Origin: Basidiobolus meristosporus CBS 931.73
Lineage: Eukaryota > Fungi > Basidiobolomycota
Assembly (NCBI GenBank): GCA_002104905.1
Contig: MCFE01000561.1
Coordinates: 1-57,874, forward strand
DNA length: 57,874 nucleotides
Reading direction: 5' to 3'
The notes under the pieces are model-generated. The model had not been told where the DNA came from. It worked only from the letters and a program-made list of their open reading frames with translations, and searched no databases. How positions within the stretch are numbered: the stretch's first letter is position 1; every line of letters starts with the position of its first letter. The translations under genes were made by a program, and so were the position numbers. This document shows, piece by piece, positions 12,659-24,601 of the stretch.

Positions 12659-14140
12659 ACTAAATCATATAGAAACAAGCGCACACACTTAGAGGCCTAT
12701 TTAAACCGCAAGGGTCAAACTTATGTTAACAGTTGGGTTGTACAAGAGGGATTCTGACTTAAGAAGAGGCCGGAGAGGAAAGTAGAATGTGAAATAAGGA
12801 AAGAGGACGATATAAGGAAAGAGAAAGAGTGAACAAATGTAAGATGAGAGATATGAACCAGATAACTCTTAGGAACTGAAAGGTCAAACAATTTCAAACC
12901 TACGCAAAAGCTTCGAGATGTTTGGAATTATGCATCTCGAAGCAAGTTTAACTGCACAAAATGGGCTTCTCGGTTATGTTTAGAGACGGGTACATATTAT
13001 TCCATTGTCTGATAGATGAGAGTTCCTAGTGACAATGCTGGATGATACGGAAAAATAGATTGTCCTCGTGCTTGCAGATATAATGGGGCAAGATTGTTGT
13101 TGCATCAATGGATACAGGAGAAGCCTATACAATGCCACATTCTCTGGCAATGGTCGCGCGTCCAGAGCCATCTACTTGAAGTAGCTGAAAACGAGACGGG
13201 GCAGTCATCAGAATCGCACCCACAATATGCCTCACAATGAATTTTGGTAAAGTTGGATTTTGCATTGTTGCTTCATGACCAAACCACTACTCCCACCATC
13301 ACAACCGATCTCTTGAAACAGCCTAAGCTACGTGTGTGCGTATAGCACTGCAAACGAACAACAATGACAGCCGAGCAGTGCTGACACTAGAGTAGAGAAA
13401 TCACCTACGCCAATTCAAGATGACATTCCGAACCTTTCTCTAGCCAATCAGGTCCAATGACCAGCCCTAGGCATGTACGCACTCCAAACACACCGATGTG
13501 GGAAGGATCACACACCTGCGCAATAAGCATACTATTTCCGCGAAGTAAGCGACAATCCTAGACTCTCCAAGGATGCGCTGGTGTACAGGCAATTCAGACG
13601 CCAAGAAACATCTTGTTCGAGCGAGCAGTCCCTCTGCGGAGAAGTCTCGATGAAACTCAACAAAATAGAGCAGGTTGACAATACTAAGGTAAGCCAGATA
13701 CACCATCAAGGCTTCTTACAATAGCCATTTCCAATCGGGCCAATCACCGGACGTCACCCGCACTGGCAATGGTCAATGGCGCTTCGTCCAAGATGCAACA
13801 GTTTCATTGAAAGACGGACACTCCAACACTGAGTTTGAAATGCCCTTCTGGTATTATACTCCAGATCCGATCACATATATGATACATATCATTGCACCCT
13901 TTCAACACATGGCTCCGAAACGATGTTACGAATCCAGCGAATGTCCCCAACCCTACTGGGTGGCGAGTCTCCGATATATATAAAGTTTTCGATGCCTGGC
14001 ATTTGAGCAAGCTTACTCTTTTGGCCGCTCACCTCAGGATCATATTCCCCATATTCGGGCATAAGGAAGGTAGCAGTTAGCAGTCTCCCTGTCTATTCTC
14101 TGCCAGGATAGCTAAATCACTCTAACGAGTAGCATCTAGG

Positions 14141-15265
14141 ATGTCTAAGCTACTTGGGGTTATCATTTTTTTGGCGCTAGCCTGCCTAGGTAAGCGTTAC
14201 CAGCAGCATTTGGCCAGTGCATAATCCACTCACCGAGCCGCAGCTCTAGTCCGCGCTGATCCACTTGTAGACATTCCGCATACCTCGTTGGATATGACAG
14301 TGAGTGAGATCCCGAATTATTCACGACGAGTGGCTATTGCTATCGACCGTGTTGATGATCTGGTTGGGGAGGGCGGTGCCCTGGTTGCCGCGAAGTTTAG
14401 CCATGTCGTCTTGGACTTTGAGATCACCAAGGATCAGGTAAGTGTTGATCTGGGATGAAGCGCAGGTGGCACTTACTCATGTCTGTTGAAGGTTAAATTG
14501 AATGGCGTTCCGATCCAAATGGGAACCTCCAACATCAAGGTACAACAGGTTTATTTCCGTAACCGCTTTTGAAGTGACCACTGATTGATCGATGTTTAGA
14601 TCGATGCCTCATTGGCCCTTACACCACAGGCCTTGATGATCTCTCCGGATCAGGTGCTTGGTGCCTTTGATCAAGGTGTTGTTGGCCTAGAAGTGACGGC
14701 CACTAGAGACAAATTGTACAATTCTACTTTACGTCGGGATGTTGATCGGGTCATTTTGGAGGAGATTATTACTGAAGTAAACGGATGCGAGGTGGTACAG
14801 ACTGACATCAGCCAGCAAATCATCGATCTTGATGATGAAGGAGGATATATGCCATCCTTGAAGGGAGAGCTAGCGATCCCTGAGCCAAACATTCCACCCA
14901 CAGTCGCAGAAATTGGTAAGTTACCCGCACCATCATTTGCTCATGAGGCACCTCACCAAACGGACACTTTAGACCCACTGGCCTCCTCATGCCACTTCCC
15001 TTACCTTAACACCAGACTACACACCTGGCTGCACCAGAATCCAGAGCTGGCCAGGGCTAGCGCGCTTATTACCCTGATGGTAAGTGGGCTCCTTATGTGC
15101 TTTGTACTACTTCCATTGCTAGTATATCGCCGCATACGCGAGTCGGATGGCCTGGACTACCTTCATGATGAGGAATACGCCAGAATCGCGCAATATGAAG
15201 CCGAATTAGAAGATGAAAAATTCGACTCTTACAATAGCCATGAGAATCAAAGATTGATGCATTGA
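14141..15265 (+). CDS. Type I membrane protein of unknown function (signal peptide, ectodomain, TM helix, acidic tail), 4 exons
   Basis: ATG 14141 MSKLLGVIIFLALACL, intron 14190-14243, then exons ALVRADPL...ITKDQ / VKLNGVPIQMGTSNIK / IDASLALTP... join in frame. TM segment ALITLMVSGLLMCFVLLPLLVY followed by RRIR. Confidence 0.85.
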
Positions 15266-16787
15266 TGTTGCGTCTTCCTACTGTTTTCAAATCATCTGTT
15301 CATGCCAACAAATAAATCAACCTCTGGATGAGCCTATTTCCGGTAAGCCTCGATACATTGGTGAGCAACCGTGTGAATATCAACTATTTGCTATTCGCCT
15401 GCGCTTTGCTAAATACACAATGGGTAAGAAGAAAAGCCAGGGCAGGTGCTCCTATAAGGCCAGTGACAAAATTAACCAGTTGAGGTTTCAACGGATGTGC
15501 ATTCATTAATTTCTAAGTACTACAGAATCAGTAGTTATGGCCTCGAGCTTGTCAAAAGTTGGGACGACTAAACATTCCATTGCTGGAGGGATTATATGCT
15601 GAGTCTTGGGTTGGGAATGCCAGTGGCACCACTATCATTAGTAGCAATCTGAAACTACTGCTCAAAGTGATGGAACTAAGCTTAACAGCTGCCACAATTA
15701 TCGTCACGCTGGTATTCTAGATAATATCCGAGGAACCCTACAGTTACAATGTAGTATTCAATGACTGTAGCTCATATCTGTGCCACTGTGGCCACCTCAC
15801 CAGTTGAGCCCATCACCTCCGAAGGGCCTTGTGGCAACCCTACAAGAAAGGTAGGGATTAATTGCATGATTCCATCAGTCTGGATGAAATTGGCAATGCA
15901 GCGTGAAGAACGTGATGTAGAACGTGATCGCCTCCATTTATCCGAACTGAGAGCCGACTGACGAATCAATTTCCAGGTTGTGGGTGCTTGACTTGAAATT
16001 GATCGGCTAGCCAATTTGAGCCGTAGTAACACTGAAAGTATGATGGCTGACTAGTGCTGAGGATTGATTTCTGGGAAGCAAGCCAACAGCGTAATGCATT
16101 GATTAATTTGAGTTGAGGCTGCAGACCTCTGATTTCTGACCGCGGTGAGAGGTCATTGTTTAGGTTTTTAAATTGTTCATCTGCACGCAGTTAGATGGGC
16201 AGCTTGTTTGGTTCTTGAAAGCTCAATCGGATTGCTAAATTATTTTGAATCACCATGTGGTGTTGAAGCAACAGGCACTGGCTTGACACGGATAACATCA
16301 GCCACACCTAATCCCATAGGTACGGAATCTATGGCTTTTCGCCCTCGGTAAAATGTTGTATGGTAATTACCACGATCTCATCACTAGTGGATGTTGAAAC
16401 ATTCTCTATGGATGGTGAATGGTGAGGTTGAACCTGCAAATTCCGCCGTAACATCGATTAGAGATCACATCGGTGAGTCGACTCTTATACCAGAGATCAC
16501 CTGGTATGAGGTAGAACAGCCCCAAAGCCTGATATTCATCGAAGTATCAGTTTAATTGACAGTGCCAGTCGGATGCCCCTAAACTGCCTCCTGAACAGTG
16601 ATTAGAGCAGCACTTCCATATTGAGAGAATCAGCCCAAAACAGTTTTAGATCGTTTTTGCAATGCCAGCTTTTCCTCTTGACAAAACGAGATCATGTCAA
16701 ACCAATGGGACATCTGTAGTACATCCAGTCCGTAGGCTATATAAGAGCATCGTTATTGCCATACTCCAACACCAACTTTAGCACAAC

Positions 16788-17015
16788 ATGTTTTGTCTTC
16801 CTATAGATAAGCTGCACTCACAAGATCGCATGAAAACCCGCAGTATCAAATGGTCTGCTAGCAAGAGACGCCCTTGTCTCCATGAAACCCATCTCCCATA
16901 TCGATGCGATGACAATGGTGCCATTGAAAACCGGTCCACATTGCCTCGCTTCGAGGATCTCTTGGGGACGGACAGAATAGTCCGGGTCACCCTCACTCCC
17001 ACCGTCGCACTGTAA
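16788..17015 (+). CDS. Microprotein family member 1 (75 aa)
   Basis: Shares the C-terminal motif Y-x5-G-x-I-x-NR-x2-LP-x-FE-x-LL-x4-IVRV-x-LTP-x-VAL* with the ORFs at 18789 and 21050. TATATAA at 16738-16744. Confidence 0.85.
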   Translation: MFCLPIDKLHSQDRMKTRSIKWSASKRRPCLHETHLPYRCDDNGAIENRSTLPRFEDLLGTDRIVRVTLTPTVAL

Positions 17016-18788
17016 AAACCACACGCACTTTCTGCGTCCTGAATGGCGAACTCCAAACCTCAATTACTCTTCCCAAACCACCACATTCTACTGCTGGATA
17101 GCACAATCGCATCCTTGAAAGATCCTATGTTGGCTGTTCCCGATTTGTAAAGTACTTAGAAGGCTCTTAAATTAAGCTTGTCAGTGGATGTGCGTGTAAT
17201 AAAGTTGTGTAATCTCGTGAAGCATCTTGACCAAGTTCGAAATCGAGGATTCTCCATTGATTACCAGACATCAACGTTCTTCCAGCCCAAGTCTCTTATT
17301 TGTTGCTTTCTTGATTGCAAAAGATAAGCCCCTTGTTGCTGGGAAGAGTGTGAAACACATGGCTAATGTAGTCGCATCCGATCCTAAATATGGATGCTGT
17401 CCCGACCATGTCCAAGGGAATCTCGCAAAACAATGATGCGAAATCCAAGCCGTAGAAGCGACATCCTCAGATACGAGAATTGAGCCAATCCTTGGGTTCT
17501 GCTGTGATACAGACCCAGCGAACATTCAATTTTTCCGTGGACTGTGAACTCTGCTCCTTTTTCATTTGTGCTGTTTGTCGAACTTCGAGGGTGCCGAATT
17601 ATGTTTTTGTTTATACCAACGAGCGCAGCACTATGATCATGGTCAAAGCACCGAGCCTTATCAAAGAGAACAATCAAGGAGGCCAGTGCCTTCATTTACC
17701 TGTGCAGCTGCCATGATAAGGACTGCATACATCTTTGAAACCATGGTGACCAAGTTGCTAGCAACTCACGAAAGATCGTTTGATAGTCAGACTTAGGGTC
17801 GGTACAGCGAGTACACCTACATCTGTTCCACCTCTTGTTTTCCGCATGCAACTATCTTCTTGAGTGATTGGAATGTTGGTGGTGGAGACCATGCCTTCCT
17901 GTATGCATCCCCGTTGCCCGTATTCCAAGTGTGAGTACGTGTGCGGAATTTGAATACTGAAAAGATCGACTGTTTACCATCCTCAATATGGAAGATATTG
18001 AGAAATCCCATGCATATAGTCGAAATATGACAATTGTATATCGTTGTACTTTTTCCGACGATGGCCAAGAGTCGACCGTTGATTGGGTCGCTGGCTGTTC
18101 GTCAGCTATTAATAAACTTGAAGTTCGTAAGCAGACCTGTTCAGTTGGTAATCAATAGTGTTGGCTATTGTGTCAAACAGTTATACGTCGAGCAGAATGG
18201 AGGTCGACTGCCAAATTTGATTCTTAGCTCAGGCCAATCGCCGCCTTGCATCAAGGCGGCAGTATCCATAGCATGACTTCCAGGCGAGCCCTCATTTATC
18301 CAGGAATCGCGAGTACAGCTCCATCGTGATGTGCATTCTTGAAACTACTGATTCGGCTGCTTGGTCAAACTTTAGGGTTTGTTATGATGACTAAGCTAAT
18401 GCAATGCGCCTATACAAGTCAAGAGTGAATCTTCGGTTTTTGATAAATTACACCATGTTTTAAATGGTATCTGGGAAGATTCAATGTAAGCGTATTCTAC
18501 GTAGCTAAGATGGGATGTCGTTTCATTCTGTTCTAAATCGGTCTCAATTCACTGGATCCGCTTTTCAGAGATCAGTGGCAAATGACAACTCATCCCTTGA
18601 CATGAAGCGGTGATACCATCTATGCAGCTACGGAGGGCCAAATCCGTAGCTAACTTGATTTCTCCAAACCTGATGCAAAATCACCAGCCTTGGGCGTACC
18701 GAACCCAGTATAAAAAGCATTGACATCATCCTAAGTTTCGGTAGACAGCATTCCATTCTTTATTACGCTCATCATTGATCATTTCAGC

Positions 18789-19049
18789 ATGGCTCGCCTC
18801 TGTTGCTTCAAATTCCCTCTAAACAAATATCACCTTCTGGAAACCTCCGAAACTGAGTCTCCCAAGTCTGGGTACTCTCGAATTGTTCCACCACCCAGAA
18901 AGGATTCCCTTAGGCACAACGGCTCTTTAGTGTACACTTTTAATCAGGATGGGACTCTGCAGAACCGCTCCAGCATCCCGCGGTTCGAGCAGATGTTGAA
19001 GAACAATAGCATTGTTCGGGTGAAAATCACTCCTGCCATCGCCATTTAA
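18789..19049 (+). CDS. Microprotein family member 2 (86 aa)
   Basis: C-terminus YTFNQDGTLQNRSSIPRFEQMLKNNSIVRVKITPAIAI* aligns without gaps to members 1 and 3. TATAAAA at 18709-18715. Confidence 0.85.
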   Translation: MARLCCFKFPLNKYHLLETSETESPKSGYSRIVPPPRKDSLRHNGSLVYTFNQDGTLQNRSSIPRFEQMLKNNSIVRVKITPAIAI

Positions 19050-21049
19050 GCCGAGACTTGACCACTGATCAATTTCCACCACCAGACCGGATCCCAAAAT
19101 CCAAGATCCCATCGAACGCCGCCGCTGTGTCTCATGTAGTCCACATCGGAAGTATCATATCCAAGCACCACGTCCGTATTTGGTTAATGTGCTCCCTCTA
19201 CGAATCACAATTACTAGTAGTGAGCAGGTCGTTCATCGATAGCAACATCCTTACTGCTCTGACTAAAGTCATGTATAGCTAACCCAACTGCAAAATGTTA
19301 ACCAACCCAAAGATAATACATAACTTAAGCCTGACCAAATAAACCAGACCAATCTAAATTGAAAATGAAGTTCACTTCGTTCGAATTTCCATAAAAGTCA
19401 CCAATTTGATCAGATCAGGATCAGCTGAGATATGGGGTGACCAAGATTGCTTGCTGCAGGAAGCTGCGATGTTCGATCAGCTACCTTGGCCAGTTGGGAT
19501 ATCCCCTCGTATTGCGAAGCTTAACCTCTTGTTGATCTGTTTTTACCCTCAGGCACTAACCGAAAACCGCCTGATACGTTTCACCATAGACGAATTGGTT
19601 TCTCCTGACAGCTGCCCGAAACTTTGGCTATTTCACTTGGCAATCACGAAAGCTGGCTAAAACCACGTCCCCATTTTGGTCAGATTACCACATGGTAACG
19701 ACACCTGTGAAGAAACTCCGGTCTCCAGGAGATCCTTTGTCGGAGATATTGGCAAGTGCCATCTGTCTATATGACAGTAAGAAATGGCGAGGTATGGTAT
19801 TCTTAATGGGGCCCAATTGGGATGAGCCTCCCAAACCCATCTAGGTGAGCCCTCTGTGATGTCGGTAAAACTCATTTGTACTGCCCCTACGCCTACTGCA
19901 AATAGTGCAAGTCGGCGGCAATATCGATAAAACTCGTGAAATAAGTAGTGATGGCGGTCTCGTCAGCTGAGTTGCACCAAGATAACGAAATGTATCATAA
20001 GCTCAGCCGACCTTGACTCGACCGAGAGGCCCTCGCTGGTCACATGAGCCGCCCAGATTGGATGGTGGTTGAGTTGGATTACTAAAGAACATGTCTCAGA
20101 ATGCGCGGTTGGCCAATCATTCGATTATCTGGTATCTTTTATGGTTCTTGAAATGGCTGAGAGTCGAAACTGATCGTGTCTCAACTGAATTTGCATTGAA
20201 GGCATGTCTTAAGAGAGGATATATTTGTCTTATTGTCCATAAACTACATAGAATATCATTTAACGCTCTTCTCGGCTGAACAGCATCAACTAGTGTCACA
20301 AAGTCACCACGCATGTGATCCACTCGGTTTATTATTAGCAGCGAGAAATCCCAGGGCTGACAGAATAGGTAAGCAATATAAACGACTGTCTAGGCCCCCT
20401 CGCCATGCAAACAAAAGCTTACGAAATTTAGATAATCACTGCACTAGGTTTAGAATGGGCTTTCTTTTGCATAAGATAGGAGACGGTCTACTAAACAGGG
20501 TGGCCGCTGTTGACCACTGGCTGATTTGGGCACAGGTAATATATGGATATCCCAAGTAGGAAGCGAGATTATTTATTTTTAGCCGGCTTGCCTTTTGGTT
20601 TCACCTCATCTTCAGAAATATGTCCGTTACAGTAAATCCCAAGTGGATGGAGCAGCCAGTTGCTCTTCGCCAATTGGAGGGGGACGGACAGCTTTGGTCG
20701 GAAGATCAATCGAAAGGTCAGTGATCATCATAAAAGGGCTTTTCATTGCAATGTATACTAATCCTTAGGACTTGGTCCAAGCGTTTCATAGTGATTGGTG
20801 AGGATGGGTTGATGGTGGAAACTGTTTAATTCATTAGTTCGGGAAAATTATCCCAGATATCTTTACATACAGGATATCAAATGAGAGCAAGCAACTACCG
20901 CTCAACGATATGGGATGGTTGTCTGATTGAGTATCTGTTCTATAGGGATAATCTAACATTGGGTGATATTAAGGGAGTGATGGTAACTAGTGATGATTAG
21001 CTGGATGCTCAGTGAGGATGTCTACGTACACGACTTCGATGGAGATAGA

Positions 21050-21289
21050 TTACAGTGCCACAGTGGGGGTCAACGACACCCGTACGATGCTGTCGGTTAG
21101 GAGCAGATCTTCGAATGGAGGGAGCTTTGTCCGATTCTGAATAATACCGGATTTGTCGCAGACGTATGGCGAAGCATTCGACCGGATTGTGGAGGAATTG
21201 GTGGAAGAGGAATCCTTCGTAAACAAGGATTCTGAGGTGGAAATTGGATGGTAGTGAGGATCACTTTTCAAACAAGGTATGCAGAGCAT
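21050..21289 (-). CDS. Microprotein family member 3 (79 aa)
   Basis: C-terminus PYVCDKSGIIQNRTKLPPFEDLLLTDSIVRVSLTPTVAL* is about 28/39 identical to member 1, with many synonymous codon differences. TATAAA on the minus strand at 21337-21342. Confidence 0.85.
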   Translation of the reverse strand: MLCIPCLKSDPHYHPISTSESLFTKDSSSTNSSTIRSNASPYVCDKSGIIQNRTKLPPFEDLLLTDSIVRVSLTPTVAL

Positions 21290-23369
21290 TGGGCAACTTT
21301 TTTTCGGATGCCAAGGATGGGCGATCAGTGAGTGAATTTATAGTCCAGGAGGATCACCCAGAGGCCCTTCCCAACTGCTTTATTAAAGAGAAACCTTAAT
21401 GATCAAAATCCGAGGCACCATATTTGGTCGGGTACGAAATATAATTCCACCGAGACTTCACCATACATATACGGGTCCCTCCGAAACCACTGGCCCATCC
21501 GTCTCCCTTTCCCAGATAGATGACGAGCTTGATAGGAAAGATGGGCTTGGTCTCCAAAAAAGGCGACTCTACCCATATTTGGCCTCGGAAGAATTCTGTC
21601 TGGATGCGAAAAAAGGATGCCTTGGATCAAGGATGGAAAGAGCTAAGGGGTATTTCCGGTTATGAGTGAGTCCGCACATTCCGAATGCGCTCTCAACTTG
21701 TGCGTAGCCAGAAGCGGATGGGTATTTATTAAGCAATAATGAATTGGTATGTATAGGGATTGGATAAGGCACTTCAGACACCGTTCGTTTATTGTCATCA
21801 TACATCATCCTTGGAAGCGGTGACCGTCCTGAGTTGGGCCGATTGCGGAGTTCTAATACTGGTTTTGAGTCGGCAGGTGACCTAAATTGCGGATACTCGA
21901 GTGATGAGTCAAGGGTAAATCAGTGAGGCCTGCACCTGGTACCGCACTGTAGGCAGATGGTTTGGGGAGAGCAATCGGTGTATTTGATGCACACGCTGAA
22001 TGTTATGGATGTTCCTAAATAATCTAGCTGGGTGTCAATTCAGCCAGGTTCTGGTCGCTATCATGAGACTATGTTCTAAAAGAGGGGGCTTCGCCTGGTG
22101 CAGTTTTGTTAACTGAAACCATGCACAAGCCATGTGGTAGCGGTATGGGTAACGGTAAGGTATATGTGGAATGGATTAACGGGTGTGGCAAATGAATAAT
22201 CGCACGATTGACGGTAGGTAGATTTGGGGTAGATTACCACAGTCACAGAATTCCACCAGATTGCACTTTCCAAAATTCCTTTTCAAGGGCAGGGCAGCAA
22301 TATCTTGGGAGCCGTGCTTTCACCTTCATGGACATCCCAAGATTTAGGCTAATTTGACAGAGCCAGGGTAGAGTCAGTTACAGTCTTGATGAGAATGGGA
22401 CTCCGCCCACTCAGCCAGATAAATACCAGAGTAAAGGTGACGTGGTGGTGAAACTTCTCATGGCAAGCAGAGTCCAGTGACGGAAATACGGCCCGGTCCT
22501 TACTTGGAAACCAACACAAGGGAACGCTATGAAGAATCACTTGCTCTCCAATATATATACGCACGATATTATGCTGATCACATCGATCCCGTTCCAGGCT
22601 GAGATCTCGATTGCTCTTAGCAGATGTCAAATGATCAAAGTGCCAACAATGAATGGTGGGCTGTATTGCGCCTGGACAACTCATTGTTCACTGTGTAATG
22701 TCAGAAATACGCACCTCAAATGGGTATATCCCAAGTAGTGGTCGTCAAGATCAAGCACTGCATCTCCTCTAACTCACCAACCTTCGAACTGCTGTCGTTC
22801 TGATGTTTCAGGTTCATAATCAACCAAGATGCGGCGGTGTTCACGAGCCCAAATGGATATTTACACACAGGTGATGCATATTGGTTCAACACTCAATGAG
22901 GAAGGATCGATCCTCTGAATGAGCGAGCGGCAGACAGCCTTTGAGTGGGGCGGGGTTTTGCTTGCGATCAGGATTCGTTTGTCAATGTCACTTTGGCCAA
23001 TGCCAACAGCCAGAGTTTCAAATACGGCCTTGCATCCAGAGATTGTTTTCCCAACAATCCGATGTGCCAGGAAGTTATCCGCTTTTCTTGATCTGCTTCC
23101 CCATCTGCACTCTATACATCTACGACCCGCACGCACATTTTCGTGTATCCCACGTGCGGCATATTGCAAGCGTCATGCGATCTGAACCTCTTAAATACCC
23201 AGGGAAAGGAAACGTCCAGGTGTTATCCTTTTTGCACTTCTTGTTGGTCGGTGGCTATTTATGAGTCTACATAAGCACTGATCTGGACACAACTTCGCAC
23301 TCTCAATCGTTAGATATCCCAGTGAGTATATCAAGTCATTAGATATTCTCAGCAGTATTGATTCTATCT

Positions 23370-23883
23370 ATGGTAGCAGCAAATAAGCCTAGCGGCGAGA
23401 CGATCGCCAAGTCTAGCAAACTGATCCCTAAAGCCTTTCGATTATCATCGCCCCATGGTCAGAAGAAGAAGCAGACAAAATCCAAACCCCCGCCCCTAAC
23501 CAGGGATAACCTAGAGGTGCACAAGAAGCTGGTATGAACCGTCCCGTTAGTTCCCTGGGCCACTTTCTTTACTGACCATAGCATCCCAGCTGCCGCCATC
23601 CTCGGAGACAAAACTCGATCGTGTCAGTCGCTACGTGAAGGATCAAGCCTCGATCCAGGAGGAGCTCGTCAACAATGCTGACTATTTGTCGTTACCTCGC
23701 ATTGAAAGCATAGAAGGGGCAAGCGTGGCCGATCAGGAGCATTTACAGTCCACAACAGCTATTGGGAATCCGTCCAAGAACAAAGTGCGTCACCTGATTG
23801 TCAAGTTTTTTGTTGAGGTGAAGTCGATCCTATCCAAACCCGAGTCCATATCCTTCCATACACATCCAGAACCAGTTCTGTGA
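23370..23883 (+). CDS. Small hypothetical protein, 2 exons (about 150 aa)
   Basis: ATG 23370 ...KPPPLTRDNLEVHKKL, then a GTATGA donor at 23532, ACTGAC branch point and AG acceptor at 23588-23589. Splicing puts LPPSSETKLDRVSRYVKDQ... in frame with the 23635-23883 ORF. Confidence 0.65.
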
Positions 23884-24601
23884 ATCATTGTAAAGAGGCT
23901 TCGCCAAATGGAAATAGATCTATGCTTGTATACCCCGTCCCCCTCCTCCCAATTGCATTTGTCGGATCTTTCTAATTAAGTGACTCTGTGTTGTGAAAGA
24001 GTACGGCTTTATTAAACTTTCCAGTGCCTGCTCGTTCCCGACTAACCCCTAGCTACTCTGGAGGGAATCTGGCCCCCATCCCCACCCGTAGACCCTAAAA
24101 GCTACCTAAGCGAGCGGATTTTCTTTAATTCATTATACTCTTTTTAGTCAGTCTAATCTCATAGCCCTTGTATTTCTTTACTAGCAGGGCTCGCCAGGGC
24201 ACTGTAACCAACCACCTGAACCATTAAAGCCATTTTCATAGCTAGCACTGTAGCGTATATCCCATGGCTGATGCAGTTAGGATACGAGTCTGTCGAGTGA
24301 TGAAAGTTCAATGGGATAAGGCAGCTTGCAGACGATTTATATTTCCGGAGGCAACGCTTAGCAGGCAAGAACAAAATGAAGGATGGTGGCCAAAGGATGT
24401 GAGATAATGAAAAGTGGATGATGCTACATTTCAGATATTAGTACAATGTCTCCAACTTTGTCATTTGGGAGTGGGTCAACAGAGCACCTATCTTGTGTGC
24501 TCGGATGTATCTACTGTTCGCGTTAGGTAACAACTAGAGATTGCAAGGTGGGATGCCCTTGAAAATATTTACATGAAATGCATGTAGCAGTGGTGCGATA
24601 T

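Noticed and set aside
13083-13184. 33-aa ORF MGQDCCC... with a myristoylation/palmitoylation-like N-terminus
   Set aside because: Too short, lacks the microprotein C-terminal motif, and is expected by chance.
15400-20600. Idea of TAA/TAG reassignment to Gln, prompted by stop-interrupted protein-like tracts between the microprotein genes
   Set aside because: Clear genes in the window (kinase, Rab, syntaxin, Ub-AN1, DPBB) end at TAA or TAG exactly where homologs end, so the code is standard.
21403-21630. GRVAFFGDQAH resembling the GD motif of FAD monooxygenases
   Set aside because: No GxGxxG or DG motif upstream and the ORF is short; likely coincidence.
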